Part shown: piece by piece, positions 56,930 through 64,000 of the stretch
How positions within the stretch are numbered: the stretch's first letter is position 1
Layout of the letters: each line of letters begins with the position of its first letter
The notes under the pieces: model-generated
The model's database searches: none
What the model saw: only the letters and a program-made list of their open reading frames with translations
What the model was told of the DNA's origin: nothing
Position numbers and translations under genes: made by a program
Virus record (IMG/VR): IMGVR_UViG_3300027509_000001
Coordinates: 1-64,000 of that record
From: a virus
Lineage: Duplodnaviria; Heunggongvirae; Uroviricota; Caudoviricetes
Strand: one strand, 5' to 3'
Length of the DNA: 64,000 nucleotides

Positions 56930-57844
56930 TTATTTTTTAAAATTGAAAAATTTATTAATTAATGCATTGAATTCTATATTACCAAAATCTAATGCATCCC
57001 AATAATTTTGGATTTTGTTTTCTAATCTGCTTTCAAATATTCTAACTCGGTCTGCATATGTTTCCATATATTCTAATATTTCTGGAGGATTGCTTTCTCT
57101 AGATATTGCAAACGAATCAAACTTCCATGGATTATCTATTAGATATGCCCACATAATTTTGTCTCCTTCTTTTATAGGAGGCATCGATGCTATACCTAAT
57201 TTATCCATTAAAGCATTGTGATTCAAAGCTGCTTTATAATGAACTGGCGTTCTTTTTTTAAACTCTCCAAATTTACCAGTTTTCCATTTGTCTAGGCTGT
57301 TAACTCCTACTGGTATTAATATGTCTGATAGCTTTTGTGTTGGCAATGATTGTTTGAAATCTCTTACCATTTCGTTTAATTCCTCTTTCGAAGAGTCATG
57401 TAATATACAATCTAATATCTTTTCAACAAATGATTTAAATTTTAATGGAAAATCTGCCCTGACTGAATCCAATCCCTTTACATCCATTTTGTTTTTAGCT
57501 ACACCTTCTTCGTCTACAATCCATTGAGCATAACGTTTTTTAGCTATCCATAATGCTCTTTTTGCAATTAATTCTTGCTTTATATCCCACCCGTGATCTG
57601 TTACATTATGCAACTTTAAAGCATATGTATCGTAACTTTTATTAATGTAAGATTGGACATCATTGATTATTGGTTTTGATAATGCAATAATTTCTTCATC
57701 AGTATAGTTATCCATAGGTCCATGGCGATGCACAAATAATGGTTCTATTGGTTCGAATATGCTGTCCGTATCAGTATATATACAAAAATTATAATATGTA
57801 TTATGTTGATTATCAGCTAGTTGTGTTATATTTTTAATTTTCAT
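56930..57844 (-). CDS. family-B DNA polymerase, C-terminal part (43B-like)
   Basis: Motif C 'IYTDTDS' (YGDTDS) and the 'KKRYA' KKRY motif. Confidence 0.7.
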   Translation of the reverse strand: MKIKNITQLADNQHNTYYNFCIYTDTDSIFEPIEPLFVHRHGPMDNYTDEEIIALSKPIINDVQSYINKSYDTYALKLHNVTDHGWDIKQELIAKRALWIAKKRYAQWIVDEEGVAKNKMDVKGLDSVRADFPLKFKSFVEKILDCILHDSSKEELNEMVRDFKQSLPTQKLSDILIPVGVNSLDKWKTGKFGEFKKRTPVHYKAALNHNALMDKLGIASMPPIKEGDKIMWAYLIDNPWKFDSFAISRESNPPEILEYMETYADRVRIFESRLENKIQNYWDALDFGNIEFNALINKFFNFKK

Positions 57845-58673
57845 TTTCCAAATAATTTAAACATTTTCTTAGTACCTTTAATGGATTTTCTTTGTAATCT
57901 ATGTAATTTACCCTCAATATAGTAAATCCAAATGAATTTGTTAATTCGTCTCTGAATTTATCTTTTTCTGGGTCGTGCCAGTATTTGCAATCAAATTCTA
58001 TTATCTTGTCTCCCAATAAAAAATCGAATTTGTAATATCTGCCATTTGTTACCAATTTATATTCTCCATAATTTTCTGCAAATAAGGCCTCGTCTTTCTT
58101 TGCCGGGGGCAAAAATTCGTATATATTCCAAAATAACTCCTGAGATATATTGCTATAATTTCCAAACTTATTGGCTTCAATTCGATTTTCATCTTTATAA
58201 TATTCATAATCATCACTTGTCCAGTTATATTCAGACATTATAAATTCCCTAAATGATTTATATTCTGAAATACGCTCATGAGGTTGTTTAATTTTTGGTC
58301 CATTATTAAAATTATTGTTGATACGTGTTTGTCGAAGTGCTTTCTTTATTTTATTTTTATTAAACTGATCAAATTCTTTTTTAGTCATTCCATGTTGCTG
58401 AGACATATATTCAAAGCTATTTGTTTCTGCCTGACGATTACAATAAATTTGCCAACGATGCTGTCCTTTTTCAACACCATATCGCTTTATCATATTTTCA
58501 AGTGTCTGCTTTCTCTTAGCAGTAATTGATGGATGTTCTAAAACTGCGCCTGGGAATTTTGCTGAATACGATTTAAACGTCATATCATGTTTATGTTTCA
58601 GGTGAGTGGTTGATATTCGTTTATACCAATTTAAACATTCTAAGCATTGGATTCTATTTGTGTCATCATTCAT
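57834..58673 (-). CDS. zinc-finger + PD-(D/E)xK-like endonuclease (homing-endonuclease-like) in the polB insertion
   Basis: N-terminal 'CLECLNWYKRISTTHLKHKH' (same finger type as the tRNA-array genes); C-terminal 'KFDFLLGDKIIEFDCKYWHD'. Confidence 0.45.
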   Translation of the reverse strand: MNDDTNRIQCLECLNWYKRISTTHLKHKHDMTFKSYSAKFPGAVLEHPSITAKRKQTLENMIKRYGVEKGQHRWQIYCNRQAETNSFEYMSQQHGMTKKEFDQFNKNKIKKALRQTRINNNFNNGPKIKQPHERISEYKSFREFIMSEYNWTSDDYEYYKDENRIEANKFGNYSNISQELFWNIYEFLPPAKKDEALFAENYGEYKLVTNGRYYKFDFLLGDKIIEFDCKYWHDPEKDKFRDELTNSFGFTILRVNYIDYKENPLKVLRKCLNYLENEN

Positions 58674-58727
58674 TATACTGATACCTTTATATATAAGTAG
58701 TGTCTGTGTATCTTTTTAATAACTTTT

Positions 58728-58982
58728 CTAGTTTAAAACATTACTCAAAAAATACCCTGTTACTGTCCCTAAGGCTGCGCCTGCTGCATATATTACTCTT
58801 TCTAATCTGTTTGCAGCCTTAACGCTGGTAACGTTTAATGTCCAATTATAAGATAATAGAAATGATGATATTGTCATTCCAACTAAGTTAGAATTGGCAA
58901 TATATACGATATTAACAACGACTAGAAGAACTTGAATAAATGCGCCAATAAATAATTTGAAATATGCTTTAGATTTACTCAT
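58728..58982 (-). CDS. small membrane protein
   Basis: 84 aa with two TM segments. Confidence 0.35.
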   Translation of the reverse strand: MSKSKAYFKLFIGAFIQVLLVVVNIVYIANSNLVGMTISSFLLSYNWTLNVTSVKAANRLERVIYAAGAALGTVTGYFLSNVLN

Positions 58983-59137
58983 TCTTTAGATTGACATAAT
59001 TAATAAGTGCTTCTCTTGCTATCAAAGGATCAATCTTAAATAACATATCGGTCGAATCGTAAGTTAATGCATAATCGATAAGATTAGTTGCTATTTTTAA
59101 ATCGTTGATTTCTCCTTCTTTGATATTTCTTAATTGT

Positions 59138-59470
59138 TTAACTGTTAGTCCCATTGTCTTTTATTTTATAGTCATATGATAAATCCTCTTCTTTTATGCT
59201 ACCTGGAATTTCCATGTCATTGTAATTATACATTATTTCAAATAATATTTTTAAATCCCTTTCAGGTTGTTCAAAAAAGTTATGCTGAATTGGTTCAAGT
59301 TTAAAATAATCATTTTCCAATGCATAATAATCTTGAAAATCCATGGCATGTTTGTACTTAAGATGAGTTATTGTTATTTTTTTAAATACTTCTCCGCATA
59401 TTAAACATTCACGATATCGTCTTGAAATATTCGAAAATATATTTTCCTTCATGCTTATCAAATCCATCAT
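59138..59470 (-). CDS. zinc-finger protein (HEG-associated finger only)
   Basis: 'CLICGEVFKKITITHLKYKH'. Confidence 0.4.
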   Translation of the reverse strand: MMDLISMKENIFSNISRRYRECLICGEVFKKITITHLKYKHAMDFQDYYALENDYFKLEPIQHNFFEQPERDLKILFEIMYNYNDMEIPGSIKEEDLSYDYKIKDNGTNS

Positions 59471-60474
59471 GCTAATTTTACTTTTATATTTTTATAATTC
59501 TTATTGAAAATATACATTGATATCGAATGTAGTTCTATATATTCTTTAATTGAATTATAAATCTTACCTGTTTCTAGGCATTTCAACTTGGTATAATTGC
59601 CTCCAGTACCATCTAGATGTCGAAGTTTCATTCTATCAGCTGATATTTTAGCTAAGCGTTTAAGTTCTTTCTTTGATTTATTCTTTTTACTATTACTTAT
59701 CTTTTGTTTATGCCCTTTAGTTAATACCTTTCCCCTAAATGCGTCTCCTATCTTTTTTCTTCGTTTGGATTCGGTAATTGGGTCTACTATTCTATTTAAT
59801 TGAGCTTCTGACATTCGTTGTATTTGTTTTTTTGTGTATACTCCAGTTCTTCCTTTGTTCCATGGAATTTGACCAATATGAGAATCTGATAATTTTTTTC
59901 TGTGTTCGCTGCTTTTCATTTTAGTTAAAAATTTATCGTGCCACCCATCAACGTTATCTTTTCTACTTTGTATTACACTTTTACTGATTTTCTGTCGTGT
60001 TTTTTGTGTCTTTGGCTTATTACAATACCTTTTGAAAGCAGTAGAATTTTTTAAGCTATTGGATATTAATAATTTGGTTTTATTTGATACCTTTCTTCCT
60101 GTACGAACTTCACTTAATAACTGCCTATACTCGATTGAGTTGTACATTGAATTTGGATCTGCCCATAACGCCTTTACCGCTTCACTTATTTTTTTATTTA
60201 CTATGGGCCCTAAATTTCCGCCATTTCCACCAGACGAAATATTATATTCTGGTTTATACAAGTCTATATAAAATATTTCATAATAATCGGCTTCTTCTCG
60301 TGTATCAACATTAATTACTATTTCCTTTTTAAAAGATTCCAGGCCATATTTATGTATCGCCAATTTTATTAATTTACCTGAACCATAATAGTTTATAGAG
60401 TCTTCAGGTGCCTTAGAAGATTGCCCTATATAGATTTTACCATTAATTTTATTTGTTATTTTGTAGATGTACAT
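59467..60474 (-). CDS. GIY-YIG homing endonuclease
   Basis: 'MYIYKITNKINGKIYIGQS' (GIY...YIG) plus a basic NUMOD-like C-terminal DNA-binding region. Confidence 0.7.
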   Translation of the reverse strand: MYIYKITNKINGKIYIGQSSKAPEDSINYYGSGKLIKLAIHKYGLESFKKEIVINVDTREEADYYEIFYIDLYKPEYNISSGGNGGNLGPIVNKKISEAVKALWADPNSMYNSIEYRQLLSEVRTGRKVSNKTKLLISNSLKNSTAFKRYCNKPKTQKTRQKISKSVIQSRKDNVDGWHDKFLTKMKSSEHRKKLSDSHIGQIPWNKGRTGVYTKKQIQRMSEAQLNRIVDPITESKRRKKIGDAFRGKVLTKGHKQKISNSKKNKSKKELKRLAKISADRMKLRHLDGTGGNYTKLKCLETGKIYNSIKEYIELHSISMYIFNKNYKNIKVKLA

Positions 60475-60509
60475 TTTGAGATATTTCCTGTCGTTGTCAT
60501 AAAAACTAA

Positions 60510-62336
60510 TTATATATGCTTGACAAGTTCAAATACATATTTTTGTACACCCTCCACTTCTATTTTATCAAATCCATTTTTTTTCACTTTGCTGCCATCT
60601 TCAAATTCTATTTCATACATGTTATTATATTCTTTTAGCTCTTTATTGTAAAATCGATTCCCCATTCTTGTTGCCCAATTAATTACACTGACTCCGGTAA
60701 GTGTCACGCCTTCGCCATTATCTTTATCGTAAAATCTGAAGCTTGGTAATAACAATACTCCATATAATGAATTCAATAGGATTTTTGTTACCAATTGCTT
60801 CTTGTCATAATATTTTTCTTGTACAGAATCTTTTAACTTACCATATTTCTTTTTAAGATCCTTGTACCCCTTTCTTTCATCAAACCATGCCAATAATACC
60901 GATGGAATTAGTCCCTTTTTATCTAATTTATACATGACACCATTTGATGCAATTGATAAATTATTTTCTGTCAAATACTGATGCACTTCCTTTGAACCAT
61001 CTAGAGTTTTATGAATGTCAGTAGCTTCCGTTTGAGCGAAAAATGCTGTTGGAGATTCGTCATTAAAAAATGTCAGTGTATACATTTTATTTGCGTTTTT
61101 CGCATACTCTTCTTCATCCCAATTTTCAATTTTTCCAAATTTAGTTTCTGGAGATATATTTAGAGATATAATATTGAAAGGGTACAGCGAAGTCAAATCC
61201 AAGTCGTAGACCCATGTATACAATCCTGGTGTTGGTTCTTTAACAAAGGCTCCTTTAGCTTTACCTTTCGATTGACTGACATTTGAACTTGCAACTAAAT
61301 TATTTCTTCGTAAATACGTTAACAATGAACCCTCTAGATACTTGCTCGTATAAATAATATCTTCATATGGAACATGGCCTTTATGGCATATACCCAATGC
61401 AATATCAATATAATCTAATTTTTGATCCATCGACACTAATAATTCTACATCAATAATACCATACGCAATAAATGACATTAAGTCATCTCTAAATAATTGA
61501 TCTAGATTTCCCGAGTATTCAATTTTACCTCTAGATAGTTCCTTTTTGGCAATAGAATCTAATTTATAACTAGACTCTTCTGAATACCCGAATTTCTTAT
61601 ATAACATTAAATAATCAAGTTGAGATACACCTGATATTTTGATTGTTAACCGATTCGAATATTTGTTTGTATTCCTACGAACTTTTCCTATTGGGCTTAA
61701 TAAATTTGCATAATTATAATCTAATATATTAACAGTTCTATTGTATAGGTATGGGATATCATAGTAGTCTAAATTCCACCCGGATATAATAGTTGGGTTT
61801 ATCTTTCTAAATTCCTTTAAAAAATACGCTAGCATTTTCGTTTCATCCGAAAATATTATCAATTCTACATTGCATATTATTTCAGTCTTTGGAATCTTAA
61901 CTTGAACATTTTTTCTTTGTGGAGTCTCTGCTTCGTCAAGAAGTAACATTGTATATTCATTCGATCCCTTTACGCAATATTGTATTCCAAAGATTTCGTT
62001 TGCTGCATCTTCTACGCTTGAATATTTTTCGTTTTTACGGACTTCTATATCCATAAATAATATTGTATTGTCAGCTATGTCATCACTTTCCGAATATAGG
62101 TCTATTAAAGTTCTAGTGGTTGGAGATACATTATGTTCAAACACCATGTTCATTTGCTCGGCAGTTTCGGACCACGAATCAACTTTTGTCACTCGCTGTC
62201 CTTCAATTGTTAATAACTCTCCGTTGGCATCTGGAACATATGCATATGATTCGTATGGAAATTTTTTATAACCAAGTTTATCATCCCACAGGTGAATAAT
62301 TTCGTCGTTTCTATCGTATTGAATGTTAGTATACAA
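60510..62336 (-). CDS. family-B DNA polymerase, N-terminal part (exonuclease and palm up to motif B; 43A-like)
   Basis: Motif B 'KILLNSLYG'; the ORF stops ~85 aa after motif B; motif C is in the downstream ORF at 56930..57844. Confidence 0.7.
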   Translation of the reverse strand: MYTNIQYDRNDEIIHLWDDKLGYKKFPYESYAYVPDANGELLTIEGQRVTKVDSWSETAEQMNMVFEHNVSPTTRTLIDLYSESDDIADNTILFMDIEVRKNEKYSSVEDAANEIFGIQYCVKGSNEYTMLLLDEAETPQRKNVQVKIPKTEIICNVELIIFSDETKMLAYFLKEFRKINPTIISGWNLDYYDIPYLYNRTVNILDYNYANLLSPIGKVRRNTNKYSNRLTIKISGVSQLDYLMLYKKFGYSEESSYKLDSIAKKELSRGKIEYSGNLDQLFRDDLMSFIAYGIIDVELLVSMDQKLDYIDIALGICHKGHVPYEDIIYTSKYLEGSLLTYLRRNNLVASSNVSQSKGKAKGAFVKEPTPGLYTWVYDLDLTSLYPFNIISLNISPETKFGKIENWDEEEYAKNANKMYTLTFFNDESPTAFFAQTEATDIHKTLDGSKEVHQYLTENNLSIASNGVMYKLDKKGLIPSVLLAWFDERKGYKDLKKKYGKLKDSVQEKYYDKKQLVTKILLNSLYGVLLLPSFRFYDKDNGEGVTLTGVSVINWATRMGNRFYNKELKEYNNMYEIEFEDGSKVKKNGFDKIEVEGVQKYVFELVKHI

Positions 62337-62365
62337 ATTTTAAGTTTTATTTTTTTTTAATAGGC

Positions 62366-62521
62366 AGTCCATGTCTTTCCACATGTATCACATTTGTAAA
62401 TACAATTTTTACCACTAGCGAGCAATACGCCCCAGTCAACATGTCCGAAAACACATGGACCATATTTTTGTAGCATCCATCTTCTATATTTCTCTATATA
62501 TTTTCTCATCATCCGAAAAAT
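62366..62521 (-). CDS. small zinc-ribbon protein (51 aa)
   Basis: MMRKYIEKY...CVFGH...CIYKCDTCGK; preceded by 'AATTTTTCGG'. Confidence 0.3.
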
Positions 62522-62523
62522 TT

Positions 62524-62694
62524 TAATAAACGCCAGATTGTGTACAATTGTGATATTTCTTGTTCAGCTTTTGGATTCCATTGTTAGGAAAATATCCATA
62601 ATCCATAAAGGGTAGTTTATAACCATACGACCACTGTATATGATGAATACGATGAATAAATGTTAAATATTGGGCTAGTCTTTTAATTTTCATC
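62524..62694 (-). CDS. small hypothetical protein (56 aa)
   Basis: ATG preceded by the same 'AATTTTTTCGG' leader as its neighbour. Confidence 0.3.
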
Positions 62695-63958
62695 CGAAAA
62701 AATTATGTTCTTTTAATTTGAATTCTTCTCCTACATTATCTAATTTAGTAAACAATTTTAAATTATCTTCGTATATAGATTTTGCACTATCTCCATTCAA
62801 TGGAGCTTTTACCATTTGGTCTATTACCATCATTAATTTATATAAGTCTGGCCCTGTTACTTGTTCTAAAATATATGGATGCAAGTCCATAAAGTTTTCT
62901 ACTTGGTCCATTGCATCTTTAAAAACAAATAAATTATGAGCTTGAATTGCAGCCCAACCTTGAATTGTCCATTCTGCCATATCCTTGCCGGTATATAACC
63001 TTTCTAATGTATCGTCGAACTTAGTTGTCTTTGGCAGTTTGAAAAATTCTCCTGGTTGTAGATTCGACGTTGTATGAATTCCCTTATCATTCTTAACACT
63101 CTTACCAGTAATCTTCGGGATGTGTACAACTTTGAAATTCAATTTCTTCCAGTCCGCTGCGACATAACATGTGCCATATAAAATCGATCTAGATGGCGAT
63201 GAACTATCTGTTGTCACCTGCATAGGAGATCCTATTTCATTCAATGACTTTTGCATCTGCGAGAATACAAAGAAATCTGTAATTTTTGAAGCCCCTAGGA
63301 AATGCAAATAATGGTTTCTATCCATTAACTGTTCTTTGTTCTCAAAGAGTACTGCTAAAGATACCATTATATTACTAATCTTTCCAGCACCTCCAATTCC
63401 CCATCCGTTAAATCCAAAGTCTTTTACTTGTCTGTACCACTCAGCGTATGAAGAATATTCAGAACCCTGTAATACATTTAAAAACTTAGTTGAACCAGAT
63501 TGATTCTCGTCAAAGTACTTAAAGTTAATTAACGATTCGTCAAGTGCTTCTTGAAATTTTCCTTCCCATTGCATTCGAGGTGGTATATCCAAATTCATTG
63601 CAATGTGCGAATTACCTTCTAACCAAGAAAACATTGTTTCTCGTAGCATCTTTTTCTTTTCACCTACATACTTAACGGCTCCTGATGCAATTTGGAATCC
63701 ACCCGAATCGCCTATTGTTAATACGCCAGGTTCTAACAATCCCATTTCTTGCGATATAGTTGGCTTCTTGTAATAATGACCACCAGTAATTAGATAATAT
63801 GGATGCCTATACCCATCTGGATAATTGGCGTCATAAAAACGCATGGTGGATTTCTCCGGGTCGTTCCATGTCTCCTTGCGATGCATTGCTGCTGCTACGT
63901 TTCCGACAGAAAATGATGGAAAGTAGATATATTTTCTATCCTTGTATTGCTGCTTCAA
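62690..63958 (-). CDS. dpdA: tRNA-guanine-transglycosylase-family protein, DpdA-like (DNA 7-deazaguanine transglycosylase)
   Basis: The TGT catalytic motif 'VLTIGDSGGFQIASG' ('DSGGFQ'); TIM-barrel-sized; no C-terminal zinc site seen; the annotated start is TTG, so the true start is uncertain. Confidence 0.55.
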   Translation of the reverse strand: MKQQYKDRKYIYFPSFSVGNVAAAMHRKETWNDPEKSTMRFYDANYPDGYRHPYYLITGGHYYKKPTISQEMGLLEPGVLTIGDSGGFQIASGAVKYVGEKKKMLRETMFSWLEGNSHIAMNLDIPPRMQWEGKFQEALDESLINFKYFDENQSGSTKFLNVLQGSEYSSYAEWYRQVKDFGFNGWGIGGAGKISNIMVSLAVLFENKEQLMDRNHYLHFLGASKITDFFVFSQMQKSLNEIGSPMQVTTDSSSPSRSILYGTCYVAADWKKLNFKVVHIPKITGKSVKNDKGIHTTSNLQPGEFFKLPKTTKFDDTLERLYTGKDMAEWTIQGWAAIQAHNLFVFKDAMDQVENFMDLHPYILEQVTGPDLYKLMMVIDQMVKAPLNGDSAKSIYEDNLKLFTKLDNVGEEFKLKEHNFFG

Positions 63959-64000
63959 TTTCTTTTATTCTTTGTGGAGAGAATTCATTGAACGAATTCA

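Noticed and set aside
57015-58529. + strand ORFs 57015..57221, 57288..57527, 58046..58243, 58278..58529
   Set aside because: Antisense to the polB C-terminal part and HEG-like genes; low-complexity translations.
59597-60651. + strand ORFs antisense to the GIY-YIG gene and the polB N-terminal part
   Set aside because: Shadow ORFs in AT-rich DNA.
1-64000. CRISPR array, rRNA genes, integrase/transposase
   Set aside because: No direct-repeat/spacer periodicity, no rRNA-like conserved blocks, and no tyrosine/serine recombinase or DDE transposase motifs seen; the mobile elements present are homing-endonuclease types only.

Overview
AT-rich (~30% GC), densely coded window from a large T4-like bacteriophage, with a possibly Bacteroidota-type host suggested by the lipoprotein signal peptides. 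Coding runs on the + strand for 1-11,965 (about 35 small ORFs, mostly without recognisable function) and on the - strand for 11,977-64,000. The - block holds a replication/nucleotide-metabolism module: Dda-like helicase, ATP-dependent DNA ligase, dNMP kinase, 5'-nucleotidase, gp45-like sliding clamp, gp62-like and gp44-like clamp loader, and a family-B DNA polymerase. It also holds a cell-wall hydrolase cluster (SleB-like, M23 peptidase), two GT4 glycosyltransferases, a metzincin lipoprotein and an array of about 13 tRNA or tRNA-like genes (34.6-40.9 kb). Three features stand out. The gp44-like clamp-loader gene is fractured by a split intein whose halves flank a free-standing homing-endonuclease gene. 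The polB gene is split into two ORFs by a 2.6-kb island carrying a GIY-YIG endonuclease and zinc-finger/PD-(D/E)xK-like genes. The tRNA array contains two paralogous zinc-finger/PD-(D/E)xK endonuclease-like genes that share a ~250-bp near-identical repeat. There are also a DpdA/TGT-like DNA-guanine transglycosylase next to QueD-like and PRTase genes (likely 7-deazaguanine DNA modification), a translationally coupled PEP-utilising-enzyme / unknown / SAM-methyltransferase cassette, and recurrent promoter-like motifs upstream of genes on both strands. All calls rest on reading motifs in the supplied translations and on hand inspection; no searches were run.
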